The notes beneath the pieces were generated by a model. It did no database searches and was not told where the DNA came from. It saw only the letters and a list, made by a program, of their open reading frames with translations. A program made the position numbers and the translations under genes. DNA of 64,000 nt from Bdellovibrionales bacterium (GTDB lineage Bacteria > Bdellovibrionota > Bdellovibrionia > Bdellovibrionales > UBA1609), in assembly GCA_027317865.1 (NCBI GenBank), contig DAHVQG010000004.1, forward strand, positions 100,399 through 164,398, read 5' to 3'. How positions within the stretch are numbered: the first letter of the stretch is position 1; every line of letters begins with the position of its first letter. Shown here piece by piece: positions 10,372-20,527 of the stretch.

Positions 10372-10844
10372 TGTTCCTTCCCCTCAAATCGAACGGTGGC
10401 CAAAATTTCGGTTTCGGCAATCAACGTTTCGCCGACGCGGGAGCAAACTTTGCACGCAAAAAAGTGCCCGCGATCTTTGACCACTTCAGCATCAATAATC
10501 AACTGGTCGCCCGGTATTACAGGAGCGTGAAACCGAACTTCACCAATCCGAGCGATGGCCACTTCAACTTGCGGGTCACCCGGCCGACGGCACGCAATTG
10601 CTCCCGCCTGCGCCATCGCTTCGAGTATCAATACCCCCGGCATTACCGGACGGTTCGGAAAGTGACCAGCAAAAAACCACTCATTAAACGTGACGTTTTT
10701 TACGGCCTGCACGCGGCGTCCAACCCGCTTATCTCCGCCGGGGTCTTGAACATCTAAAACCCGATCGATCAGCACAAACGGATGCCGATGCGGAAGCATC
10801 CGTAAAATGTCATCTATAAGAATAGCCTCAGTGTTTTTTCTCAA
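10368..10844 (-). CDS. fabZ: 3-hydroxyacyl-ACP dehydratase
   Basis: LPHRHPFVLIDRV, GHFPNRPVMPGVLILEAMAQ. Confidence 0.96.
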   Translation of the reverse strand: MRKNTEAILIDDILRMLPHRHPFVLIDRVLDVQDPGGDKRVGRRVQAVKNVTFNEWFFAGHFPNRPVMPGVLILEAMAQAGAIACRRPGDPQVEVAIARIGEVRFHAPVIPGDQLIIDAEVVKDRGHFFACKVCSRVGETLIAETEILATVRFEGKEQ

Positions 10845-11370
10845 GGGCTTTTATCACTTTATTCGTAATATCAATTCGGCTGGAAGCCCAAACTAAGTCT
10901 TGGTCGTCCTTATGAAAAATCGCCGTGTATCCGCCTTTTCTCGCAATCTCGTCAATGACTTTGCCGAGACGCTTAAGAAGCGGTTTTGACAACTCCTGAT
11001 CACGCTTGGCGAGCGCTTTCAGGTTTTGATCACGAAGTTCAAAAAACTGCATTTTTGCTTTTTCGATTTTTTGTTCTTGTTGCGCGCGAGCTTGGTCCGA
11101 TAGCAGGAGATTTCTTTTCTCAAAATTCTTTTCCATATCGACTATAGCATCTTTGCGTTTTTCGAGCTCCGCTTTGCGCCTTTGAAAATCAGCGTCCAAT
11201 TCTTTTTTTATCCGTTGGCCTTCTTTAGTCGCTTGAATGGCACGCGGGATATCCACCACGCCTATTTTTTCATCGGCCAAAGCCTTAGGTGAAAAACTCA
11301 CAACCAAAACTGTTGTTGCCAATATAGCAGCCAGGGCAATGCCACCCAAACGAGTTAAACCGAATTTCAT
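10828..11370 (-). CDS. skp: Periplasmic chaperone Skp/OmpH
   Basis: Signal peptide, KIGVVD, coiled coil, DIT..VI C-terminus; follows bamA. Confidence 0.9.
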   Translation of the reverse strand: MKFGLTRLGGIALAAILATTVLVVSFSPKALADEKIGVVDIPRAIQATKEGQRIKKELDADFQRRKAELEKRKDAIVDMEKNFEKRNLLLSDQARAQQEQKIEKAKMQFFELRDQNLKALAKRDQELSKPLLKRLGKVIDEIARKGGYTAIFHKDDQDLVWASSRIDITNKVIKALEKKH

Positions 11371-11460
11371 AATTTTTAGCTCCTTTTTGTGCTAGCCGCA
11401 CACTTATTGGGGGATCTTACTCGTAAGATTTGCGCTGAATCAACAAAAATGGTGACCGAT

Positions 11461-13827
11461 TTAAAACGGTGACCCGATCGCAAACTGAAAGTCCACGGGC
11501 TTTTCACCGTAAATGGCTTGGCGGTCAAACGGCAAACCAAACTCAAAACGCAGCGGTCCAATAGGCGAAAACCACCTGAAGCCAAATCCCCAATCGCTCC
11601 TAAATTCGCTTAAAATCAAGCTATCATCGGCATAGCCCACATCGTAAAATACAACTCCCTTGACGGCTGCCTCCGGGATCAACGGAAACTCAAACTCCAA
11701 ATTGTAGTAGAGTTCTTGCGTGCCACCGAATGGTTTAAACGCTAACAGATACGCATTAGGTGAACCTGCCAGTTGATCGAATGCCACTTGTGAAAACTTT
11801 TTTCTGCCGATGGTAAACCAGTCGAAGCCGCGTAAAGTATTCGGACCACCTAACAAAAATAATTGGTTAAACGGTGGTGGCTCGCCGGATTTGTCTGAAG
11901 TAATAATTCCGTACACAAGATTATTGCGCCAAATGATCTGCTTATACACCGGGAGTGGATGAAAATACCGGGCGTTAGCTATTGCCTTTGTATAGAACAA
12001 ATCGCCACCGAGTCCGGAGTATTCAACGTTCAACGAATCGTACATCCCCCGACTCGGTTCGAAACGGTCGTTACGAGTGTCGTATGCAAGCCCCGCAGTT
12101 AGGATACTTGCAATCCCGTTCGTGGTCGACGTCGGGAACAATGTCGGATCGCCCGAAGATGTCAGTTGAATATTCGTGCGTTCGACCTTGTAACCGATTG
12201 TACCGCGCAAATACTGCGCAAGAGGATGCCCAACAGTAAAACCAACCCCGCGCTCGTTGTCGATGTACTCTAAATAATACATGTCGGTGTAAAAAATGTG
12301 AGTCCCGAGCAACCAATGGGTGTCCATAAAATAAGGGTTTGTAAAACTAAAATCGAAAATCTTCTCGTAGGAGCTGAGATTAACCGACAAGCCCAAAGTG
12401 TCGCCAAGGCCGAACAAGTTGATTTGCTGGATTTGCCCATTCAACAAAAACCCGCCAAAACTCGAATACCCGGCCCCAAGCTGAATCTGCCCCGTGTTGC
12501 GCTCTTTGACATGGACGTCGATATCCATAATGTTGGGGTGACCCGGCGGAGTGTGGGTATCGAAAGTCACGCTGCTGAAATAACCAAGACGTTTAATGTT
12601 CGCCAGCGATTCTCGTCTTTTTGTTTCGTTATACAATTCACCTTCGTAAATTCTCATTTCACGTCGAATGACTTTATCACGCGTTTTTGTATTGCCGATG
12701 ATATTAATCTTACCGATATAAACCTTCGGCCCCTTGTCGATGTTAAACGTGATATCGACCCGCCGTTGTTTTACACGCGCACGCGTCTGCGGAATAATGT
12801 TGGCGTACGCATAACCCAAATCACCGTATTTCGCTTGAAGAGCCCGCAAGTCTTGCTGCAAAGTTTGATAAACAAAAATATGCCCGCTTTTTGTGTGAAT
12901 CGACTTGTAGAGTTCCCTGTCGGGGAACAGCAAATCGCCGGTAAAATTGACCTCGCCGACTCTGAACTTAGGACCTTCATGAACGCGTATTGTAATATAA
13001 ATATATTTCTTATCCGGCGTGACGTAAACCTGCGGCCGGTCAATATGGGCTTGGATATACCCTTTGTTATAATACACCAGGTAATAGAGTAACTGGATGT
13101 CACGATTAAATGTGTCTTGCTTAAATGAACCAGATCCCGAAATAAAACTGAAAAATCCGCCAACTTTCGTTTGCATGACGTTTCTCAATTCATTCGACGA
13201 TATGTGTTTATTACCAATAAATCGAATTTTTGCGACTTTGACTTTTCGATTTTCAACGATATGAAAAGTGAGAGTGGCGGTATTGTCTTTACCAGGCGTT
13301 GCTTCAGCCGTGACTTTTGCTAAGAAAAAGCCCTTATTTTCGTAAAGTTGCTGCAACTTTTTAACCGCGGTACGCACCTTAGCCATATCGAGAATTTCAT
13401 AAGCCTTGAGATCAATGGCGCTTTTCAAGTCACTTGTGTCAACGGCATCGTTACCTTCGAATACAATTTTCGAAATCGTCGGCTTCTCTTTGACATAATA
13501 GGTTAGAATCGCCGTGCCGTTTATAATCTTCTCGCCTACTTCGATATCGATAAAAAATCCGGTCGCAAATATATGTTCGATATCCTGGCGAATTTGTTTG
13601 CGGTTAACCCGGTCCCCCACTTTCGAGCCAATTTGAGCGCGAATTGCCGAAGCTTCAATTTTACGGTTACCAACAATGACGATTTTTTGAATGATCGGCT
13701 GGAGCGGCTTTGCTCGGTACCGTGCCGCATAGGATTTGGCATTAAAACCCAGCAATACGCACGCCAGCACAACAGCTAAAATGATTAACGCGCTAAAATT
13801 GGACTGACGGTCGTTCGAGATGTGCAA
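11461..13827 (-). CDS. bamA: Outer membrane protein assembly factor BamA
   Basis: Five POTRA-like repeats (GN..TRDKVIRRE), LRGF motif, WFSPIGPLRF, terminal F. Confidence 0.96.
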   Translation of the reverse strand: MHISNDRQSNFSALIILAVVLACVLLGFNAKSYAARYRAKPLQPIIQKIVIVGNRKIEASAIRAQIGSKVGDRVNRKQIRQDIEHIFATGFFIDIEVGEKIINGTAILTYYVKEKPTISKIVFEGNDAVDTSDLKSAIDLKAYEILDMAKVRTAVKKLQQLYENKGFFLAKVTAEATPGKDNTATLTFHIVENRKVKVAKIRFIGNKHISSNELRNVMQTKVGGFFSFISGSGSFKQDTFNRDIQLLYYLVYYNKGYIQAHIDRPQVYVTPDKKYIYITIRVHEGPKFRVGEVNFTGDLLFPDRELYKSIHTKSGHIFVYQTLQQDLRALQAKYGDLGYAYANIIPQTRARVKQRRVDITFNIDKGPKVYIGKINIIGNTKTRDKVIRREMRIYEGELYNETKRRESLANIKRLGYFSSVTFDTHTPPGHPNIMDIDVHVKERNTGQIQLGAGYSSFGGFLLNGQIQQINLFGLGDTLGLSVNLSSYEKIFDFSFTNPYFMDTHWLLGTHIFYTDMYYLEYIDNERGVGFTVGHPLAQYLRGTIGYKVERTNIQLTSSGDPTLFPTSTTNGIASILTAGLAYDTRNDRFEPSRGMYDSLNVEYSGLGGDLFYTKAIANARYFHPLPVYKQIIWRNNLVYGIITSDKSGEPPPFNQLFLLGGPNTLRGFDWFTIGRKKFSQVAFDQLAGSPNAYLLAFKPFGGTQELYYNLEFEFPLIPEAAVKGVVFYDVGYADDSLILSEFRSDWGFGFRWFSPIGPLRFEFGLPFDRQAIYGEKPVDFQFAIGSPF

Positions 13828-13900
13828 GCTTGCAGTTCCCCTGGCCCTACTAATTTGACTAACAAAAACCTATCCAACAAAGCGCGATTGACGATTGAAG

Positions 13901-14575
13901 TCAATTCCAATGACCATCTTTTAGAACCATTCTCCGCGGAAAGCGCGACGCAAAGTTCACGTCGTGAGTAACAACCACCAGTGTGAGGCCAAACTTCAGG
14001 CGAAATTGAAAAAATAGCTCCTGAATCTGTTCGCTGTTTTGCGTATCGAGGTTGCCCGTCGGCTCATCCGCCAACAGAATCTTGGGTCGTTGAACCAGGG
14101 CCCGAGCCACAGCGATGCGTTGTTGCTCACCTCCGCTGAGCTCTGACGGGAAGTGGTCGCTCCGGTCTTCTAATCCCAATAGTTGCAAAAGCTCCAAGGC
14201 GTGCTCACGCGCTTTCGACTCGGATTGGCCCGCAAAGCGTGCCGGCAGCATCACATTCTCTAGTGCTGAAAATTCTGAAAGAAGATGATGAAACTGGAAA
14301 ACAAAACCAATTTCTTGATTACGAAAACGCGCTAAATGCTCGTCCGGCTCCTTGGCCATGTCCTTACCGTTGAACAAGACACGGCCTTCAGTGGGGCGAT
14401 CGAGCGTGCCTAAAATGTGCAAAAGCGTACTTTTACCCGCACCCGAAGCTCCCAAAATACAAACCGCCTGGCCCGCATAAACGTCGAAATCAATTTGCTG
14501 CAAAACTTCGAGTTTCGAATCCCCGCGTTCATAAATTTTGCTGACCTTGTCGAGACGCAAAAGTGGTTCACTCAT
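13901..14575 (-). CDS. lolD: Lipoprotein-releasing ABC transporter ATPase
   Basis: GASGAGKS, GFVFQFHHLL, LSGGEQQR, DEPTGNLD. Confidence 0.93.
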   Translation of the reverse strand: MSEPLLRLDKVSKIYERGDSKLEVLQQIDFDVYAGQAVCILGASGAGKSTLLHILGTLDRPTEGRVLFNGKDMAKEPDEHLARFRNQEIGFVFQFHHLLSEFSALENVMLPARFAGQSESKAREHALELLQLLGLEDRSDHFPSELSGGEQQRIAVARALVQRPKILLADEPTGNLDTQNSEQIQELFFQFRLKFGLTLVVVTHDVNFASRFPRRMVLKDGHWN

Positions 14576-15824
14576 AGCGTAGACCTTCTACTGGATTCAA
14601 TTTTGCTCCTCGTCGCGCCGGCGCAAGAGTCGCCACGTAACAAATGACCAGCGTCACCAAAAGAATCACCGCCATGTCCGTTTTGCGGATCTGCAAAACG
14701 ACGTGATCGAGCTTATAAACTTTGCCCGGAAAAAGTCCATAAACTGTTTCAAGCTTTAGAAAAATGCGGCAGCCGATCCAACCCAAAAGAACGCCGAAGG
14801 CCGAGCCTGCGGCCCCGATCACAAGCCCCTGCGTCGTAAACAATTGACGGACAAATTTTTTACTTACTCCCATAGCCCGCAAAATACTCATTTGCGAATA
14901 ACGCCGTACAACAGTGAGATACAGCGTGCTCGCCACATTGAACGCAGCGGCAATCTCCATGAGTAAAACAATAATGAAAATAACGACCTTTTCATATTGC
15001 ACAGCTTCAAATAAATTGCGGTTGGGGTCGCGCCAAGAGCGAACCCAGTAATTTGGACCCAATTGATCTTCTAGCGCCGTCGCGGCCGGTATGGCATCGC
15101 GAGCATGGGCCAAACGAATTCGCCAGCCAGAGATTCTCCCCGGCATATCCGAAAAATTTTGGGCTGATCGCAAATCCGTAACAATATAGCGGTCGTCAAA
15201 ATCGGAACGCCCCAGGCCGAGAACGCCACGCACAACAAACTTTTGCACTTTAGGCGTGAAACTCGCAGTCCCGTATCCGGTGGATATGGGCACAACTAGA
15301 TTGAAAATCTCGCCAATTTTCAATGCAAATTTGCGCGCAATCCCTTTGCCGATAATCGCCGCGGGGATCCGCTTGCCGTTGGCCTGCTCATCCGCCAAAT
15401 CGAAACGACCACGAATAATTCGCTTTTGAATGGCAATGACTTTAGCAGATGTTTTTGGATCAACCCCTTCAAGCAAAATTCCCGAAAGTTTTTTGTTGTG
15501 AACAATCAGCCCCTCGACCATCAAAAACGGCGTCGAAGCTTTGTACGCTGGTAAATACGATTTTATTTTTTTTAAAACTTGCCGCTCCTGGGAGGGGCGC
15601 GCGAAACCGCCGCGCCGAACGATCATCAAATGCCCCTCCATATCAACGAGCGTATCTCGCAGAGTCGTTTCATAACCGCTCACAACCGCCATCGAGATCA
15701 TAAGTGCTGCGACGCCGAGAGCGATACCTGTTACCGCCAATATAATATTGGGATTTAAAAACCGGCGCCCTTCGCGCAGATAACGCCAAACCATCCATAT
15801 TCTCAGCCGAGTCGTACTTTTCAC
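14568..15824 (-). CDS. Lipoprotein-releasing ABC transporter permease (LolC/E)
   Basis: MacB/FtsX topology, AAFNVAS, ILRAMG, LNPVEGLRYE terminus; coupled to lolD. Confidence 0.9.
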   Translation of the reverse strand: MKSTTRLRIWMVWRYLREGRRFLNPNIILAVTGIALGVAALMISMAVVSGYETTLRDTLVDMEGHLMIVRRGGFARPSQERQVLKKIKSYLPAYKASTPFLMVEGLIVHNKKLSGILLEGVDPKTSAKVIAIQKRIIRGRFDLADEQANGKRIPAAIIGKGIARKFALKIGEIFNLVVPISTGYGTASFTPKVQKFVVRGVLGLGRSDFDDRYIVTDLRSAQNFSDMPGRISGWRIRLAHARDAIPAATALEDQLGPNYWVRSWRDPNRNLFEAVQYEKVVIFIIVLLMEIAAAFNVASTLYLTVVRRYSQMSILRAMGVSKKFVRQLFTTQGLVIGAAGSAFGVLLGWIGCRIFLKLETVYGLFPGKVYKLDHVVLQIRKTDMAVILLVTLVICYVATLAPARRGAKLNPVEGLRYE

Positions 15825-16967
15825 TTATCCGCCTTAACCGTCGAGGGTGACTGCGTTTTCACCTGCGACTTAAGAAATTCTTCAATTACCGGGTCCAGAT
15901 CGCCGTCAAGAACTTGGCTCGGTTGACCAGACTCCCAAGACGTGCGGTGATCTTTAACCATTTGATACGGATGCAATACGTAGGAACGAATTTGACTGCC
16001 CCATTCGTTGGCTTTTTTCTGCGCGTCGATTTCTTCTTTTTCTTTGAGCAGTTTTTTTGATTCGATTTCGTAAAGTGCCGCTTTGAGCATTTTCATGGCA
16101 CGATTGCGATTGGCGATCTGACTCCGCTCATTTTGACAAGCGATGACGATTCCAGTCGGAATATGGGTGATCCGAACCGCCGAATCGGTTCGGTTCACGT
16201 GCTGTCCGCCGGCTCCGCTGGAACGATACGTGTCGACTCTCAAGTCTTCGTCTCGAATCACAACTTCGACTTCGTCGTCCACTTCAGGCCACACCATAAC
16301 CGAGGCAAAACTTGTGTGTCGTCTGGCATTTGCGTCAAATGGACTAATTCGGACAAGACGATGCACACCATTTTCGGCTTTGAGATAACCGTATGCGAAC
16401 GGTCCTTGAATATTGAGCGTCGCCGATTTGATCCCCGCTTCTTCGCCATAGTTAATCGACATGACTTCGACGCGAAAACCTTTGCGTTCGGCATAGCGCG
16501 TGTACATTCTAAGCAGCATTTCAGCCCAATCCTGCGCTTCGGTACCGCCCGCTCCCGAATTAACGGCAAGGTAGGCATTCAACGGGTCAAGCCGGTTACT
16601 CAAAAGACTTTTGATTTCAAGATCGCCAATTGTGCTCGACATTTTTTGGCATTCGCTTTTGAGCTCCTGAAAAAGTTCATCGTCTTGGCTGTCTTGAACC
16701 ATTTCAAGCATAACAGTTGCGTCTTCGTGGCGTTTTCGAAGCCCCTCGTAATCTTCAATCGATTTTTCGAGAATAGATTTTTCTTGGTTAATTTTCTGCA
16801 TTTCGCGATGGTCATTCCAAATCGCGGGATTTTGTGCCTGATTATCTAGCTCTTCGATGCGCTTACGCTTGTGATCGATGTCAAAGATACCTCCTGAGGT
16901 CGCTCACTTTTTCGGCAATTGTGGCGAGACGGCCTTTGACGTCTGAGAGTTCAGTGGCGATGGACAT
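15821..16967 (-). CDS. prfB: Peptide chain release factor 2, with programmed +1 frameshift after codon 28
   Basis: SPF and GGQ motifs; ORF1 16967-16881 (MSIATELSDVKGRLATIAEKVSDLRRYL*) joins frame 2 (DIDHKRKRIEEL...) at CTT TGA C. Confidence 0.97.
16880..16895 (-). other. RF2 programmed +1 frameshift cassette AGGAGG-TAT-CTT-TGA-C
   Basis: Exact canonical internal SD plus CTT TGA C slippery site. Confidence 0.96.
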
Positions 16968-16981
16968 TCTTTGCGTTCCTT

Positions 16982-17452
16982 TTATTTGTGCGGAGGCGTT
17001 AGCTGCTCAAAAATCCGATCTTGCAAACGATACATAACCCGTGCCTGCTTGTCACTTTTTTCATGTTCATATCCGAGGAGATGCAAAATCCCGTGGATCA
17101 ACATGTAGAGAAGTTCATCCCGATAACTCAGGCCGTGTTCGAACGCTTGCTTGCGAATGACTTGCGGGCAAAATACAAGCTCTCCCAAGCTGTCGGGCTC
17201 GACGGGAGCAAAACTCAAAACATCGGTCGCCCGGTCTTTATCGCGAAATTTTTTATTAAGTCGCCGTATCTCGGCTGAATTTACGAAAACACACATTAGA
17301 TTTTGAACCGACTCGGCCCTGCATCGCGTTTTAGCCGGCAGACGCCGCACAGTTTGGCTAGCTCGACTTTCAATCCATCGCTTTGACGGAATGGCGCGAG
17401 ATGTTCTTCGACCTTTTGATGCCGATATATTCGATAAAATCGTGACTTTCAC
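16982..17452 (-). CDS. ybeY: rRNA maturation endoribonuclease YbeY
   Basis: TDVLSF, HGILHLLGYEH. Confidence 0.95.
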   Translation of the reverse strand: MKVTILSNISASKGRRTSRAIPSKRWIESRASQTVRRLPAKTRCRAESVQNLMCVFVNSAEIRRLNKKFRDKDRATDVLSFAPVEPDSLGELVFCPQVIRKQAFEHGLSYRDELLYMLIHGILHLLGYEHEKSDKQARVMYRLQDRIFEQLTPPHK

Positions 17453-17498
17453 ATTTCATTGTTTAACCTTGACGGCGATTCAACACAAGCGGCACAAG

Positions 17499-18563
17499 CT
17501 AATTCATAGCGAATTCAAACTGTTCGCTAAAAGGCCCCTCACATTTTGATAAGCCGGCTAACCCTTCAATCGACACCGACATATGTTGGGTAAAGAAATT
17601 CGAAACACAGCTAACTTGATATGGAGTTTGGACATCAACGCATGCCTTAAAATCAAGCGAACTAGGAGGGTCCCACCAATGCCGGCCCGTAATCATGAGT
17701 CCACTGAGCCGCGTGAGACATTGAACGGGATATGTTGAACTGGCACGCAACGCAGTTAATGTTTCGCCATTGAATTTCTTAATGTCGTTGGCTACTTCAC
17801 CTGAGTAATAGGTAATATTGGTAAATTGGTTTGCGGCGGCATTTGAGTACGCCCCACCACGGATCATGTCTTCACTCTGATTGTTGGTGTATCCCGTTAA
17901 TTCTTCACTCGAGGTTATCCCAGCAAGCTTCCATTTACCGGAGCGAGTAAAGACATATAATGCTCCCCCAGAGGCGCCTTCCGAACTCGCACAATCACTA
18001 AATATTTCGTCAACGTGTAGCCCACGTACCGTGCAATGTCCGGCAACAACTCGAGTGAATCCCTTAAATTTGTCGTAAGGAAAACCAACCGTTTCGGCGG
18101 GTTCCCCCACATACACCTCGGATGGCTGGGCCACTTCGGCAAACTTCACCCACTTAGGCGCCGGTGACCGCAAATGCACGACCGCAAAATCTTGATAGGT
18201 AATCGGTATATTCCGCCACTGCCATTTGGCATCGTATGAATTATCAAAGTATTGACCTGGCCAACTTTCATCGACAGCTATTTTTGGACCAGCATGACCT
18301 TTATAGAAAAATTCTATCGCATCTGGCTTCCATTCGCTTCCCCAAACGCAATGACCCGCTGTCAGGGCCCATTGGGGAGCAATCATAACGGCAGAACAGT
18401 AAGTGGGATGCGTTGACAACGATAACCTTTGTACCGCCAGTTCGGCTGGTTGCGTATCGTCTGAAACTTGCCGCGGGTCCTTTGCGCCAAACCAACTCGC
18501 CTGCGCACGAATTCCACTGAAGACCGCAGCAACTAGAATCAAAGCAACGGTAATGCCCCGCAA
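17499..18563 (-). CDS. Secreted trypsin-like serine protease with Cys-rich C-terminal extension
   Basis: Signal peptide; triad motifs TAGHC, QDFAVV, CASSEGASGG. Confidence 0.85.
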   Translation of the reverse strand: MRGITVALILVAAVFSGIRAQASWFGAKDPRQVSDDTQPAELAVQRLSLSTHPTYCSAVMIAPQWALTAGHCVWGSEWKPDAIEFFYKGHAGPKIAVDESWPGQYFDNSYDAKWQWRNIPITYQDFAVVHLRSPAPKWVKFAEVAQPSEVYVGEPAETVGFPYDKFKGFTRVVAGHCTVRGLHVDEIFSDCASSEGASGGALYVFTRSGKWKLAGITSSEELTGYTNNQSEDMIRGGAYSNAAANQFTNITYYSGEVANDIKKFNGETLTALRASSTYPVQCLTRLSGLMITGRHWWDPPSSLDFKACVDVQTPYQVSCVSNFFTQHMSVSIEGLAGLSKCEGPFSEQFEFAMN

Positions 18564-18642
18564 ATCCCCCCCTTATCTGAATCGTTCGACTCAGACATTA
18601 AGATTCGTGAACAATACCATTTTCATTTGCAAGTCACTACTG

Positions 18643-18661
18643 TTACAGTTCTCAACTGTAA
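18643..18661. promoter_or_regulatory. 8-bp inverted repeat TTACAGTT-ctc-AACTGTAA upstream of the protease; putative operator
   Basis: Perfect dyad in an AT-rich intergenic region. Confidence 0.4.
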
Positions 18662-18720
18662 AGTTTATATGGATCGTATTTTAAAAGTAGCGATGATTTA
18701 CATGTCTCAGGTCGGCTTAA

Positions 18721-19377
18721 TTAATGAGCGACTCGTACTTGCAAGTCCAATAGGACTTCGCCAGAAACCGGATCTATAAACATAATCGGATTAGACGAGG
18801 CGACCCTACACGTCAGTAAATTCTGCCGCTTCTCACAATTCATCCTCACAGGCCACTCATAAACGGATTTATATTGCGAAATTTTTTGTTGGCTATAGGC
18901 CGTTACGCTGTACTCACGGCACTTTCCGACCAAACCCGAGACAATTCCGAGTGCACAATTCAAAAAAGTCGGCGGCTTCACTTGGACGACCGGATCGGCC
19001 ATTATGTTCAGATTTATCAGATTCGCGGTCATAATTTTTTGTAGGCAAAAATCACGAAAGCCAACAAATTGCCCATACGAATATTTTTTTGGCAGCTCCA
19101 AGTCGCATCGACCGTATAAATTTAAAGGCGAACGACCCGAATTCAATTCCAACGCGCTCGTTTGTTGAGGCGTCACAAGGTAGTACATAACCTTTTCTGA
19201 CCATCCATTTTCAGCATCTCTTGGATGCGTCCAAATTCGACCCGGGCTATAACTGACCCAGTTGTACCATGCTTCAGATGGATAAGTGCTCAACCTAAAA
19301 TTAACGGGTCGAGCAAATGCTGAAGACGAAATAAAAATCAAACCGATTAATGATACGAGCAGAATCTGAGTTTTCAT
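18721..19377 (-). CDS. Secreted hypothetical protein (Cys-containing)
   Basis: Signal peptide MKTQILL...SAFA; GGAG SD; no recognised family. Confidence 0.75.
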   Translation of the reverse strand: MKTQILLVSLIGLIFISSSAFARPVNFRLSTYPSEAWYNWVSYSPGRIWTHPRDAENGWSEKVMYYLVTPQQTSALELNSGRSPLNLYGRCDLELPKKYSYGQFVGFRDFCLQKIMTANLINLNIMADPVVQVKPPTFLNCALGIVSGLVGKCREYSVTAYSQQKISQYKSVYEWPVRMNCEKRQNLLTCRVASSNPIMFIDPVSGEVLLDLQVRVAH

Positions 19378-19573
19378 CGCTCCACTCCATGCACCCGCCT
19401 GAGACGGTCGACATGCTGTATACCGGCCTTGACGCGTAACGTCAATACCCTCGGCAGGTCTCGCCCGTGACTCTACCAGATCTGCAAATAAACTGGAGCG
19501 GCCATTTTTCAGATACCAAAATTTTCATGGTCCATTGTTATTCTTCCTCAATTTGTGGCAAGACCACTAGATC

Positions 19574-20515
19574 GTGCAGTCAACAAATCCACAAACCACC
19601 TACCAACTTCTTGATTCAGGCAACTTTATGCGCCTTGAGCAAGCCGGGCCATATCGAATAGTTCGCCCAGCAGCCGCTGCCGCATGGGGGCCATCCCTTG
19701 ATCATAGCGAATGGGATTGTTCTGATGTCTCGTTTCATCGCACGGGCGGCGATGCAAACCAAGCACGTGGGGAGTGGCAATTTCGCAATTCAAAGGCAAA
19801 AACGTTACTCTCACAACCATGGCGCATTGAATTCAATCCTATTAGTTTATTTTTAAAACTCACGAGTTTTGGCCACCTTGGGCTATTCGCCGAGCAGGAG
19901 AAAAATTGGCGAAAAATTCACGAGATGATTGCAGCGCGAAAGACGGCATCGCCTAATTCTCCCGTTCGCGTACTCAACCTTTTCGCATATACCGGTGCAG
20001 CCACGCTTCACGCGGCTCATGCGGGCGCCGAAGTCGTTCACCTCGACGCTTCAAAAGGAACAGTAAAGTGGGCGCGCGACAACGCCGAGGCTTCAAACCT
20101 TACCCATTGCCCCATTCGATGGATCGTCGACGACGCTCAAGAATTTGTTGAGCGGGAACTCCGCCGCGGCCAACGCTACCACGGAGTTTTACTCGACCCC
20201 CCGTCGTATGGACGCGGCAATAACGGTCAGATCTGGAAGATTGAAGAACACCTATTGCCGCTACTTAAAAAAGTATCTGCTTTGTTAGAAGACGATTTTC
20301 TATTTGTCCTTTTATCGTCACACTCGCCCGGATACACGCCGATCTCGCTAAGGAATATTTTAGAGCAGATTTTAAATAGTGCTCATTCTCGAGATGAAAA
20401 ATTTCATATGACTGTACAAAACGGCCAATACACCGCGGCTGAAATGGTGATTTTAGATTCGACCGGCAAACCGCTGCCAAGCGGCGCCGATTGTTTGTTT
20501 CTGTCTCGAGCGTAA
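19574..20515 (+). CDS. Class I SAM-dependent methyltransferase (RlmI/RlmK-like family)
   Basis: GHLGLFAEQ, VLNLFAYTG, LLDPPSYG. Confidence 0.85.
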   Translation: MQSTNPQTTYQLLDSGNFMRLEQAGPYRIVRPAAAAAWGPSLDHSEWDCSDVSFHRTGGDANQARGEWQFRNSKAKTLLSQPWRIEFNPISLFLKLTSFGHLGLFAEQEKNWRKIHEMIAARKTASPNSPVRVLNLFAYTGAATLHAAHAGAEVVHLDASKGTVKWARDNAEASNLTHCPIRWIVDDAQEFVERELRRGQRYHGVLLDPPSYGRGNNGQIWKIEEHLLPLLKKVSALLEDDFLFVLLSSHSPGYTPISLRNILEQILNSAHSRDEKFHMTVQNGQYTAAEMVILDSTGKPLPSGADCLFLSRA

Positions 20516-20527
20516 TTTTTTGCCCGG

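Noticed and set aside
12298-13092. Long antisense ORFs (also 16133-16849, 55281-55925, 61783-62331)
   Set aside because: Shadow frames opposite bamA, prfB, def and aconitase, with no motifs or translation signals
15821-16967. prfB as a frameshifted pseudogene
   Set aside because: Canonical programmed frameshift cassette with both frames intact
19450-19475. Cobalamin riboswitch suggested by GAGACCTGCC on the minus strand
   Set aside because: The upstream AGGGAA/GGTG..AATCC core and B12-box context are absent, and the downstream gene is unrelated
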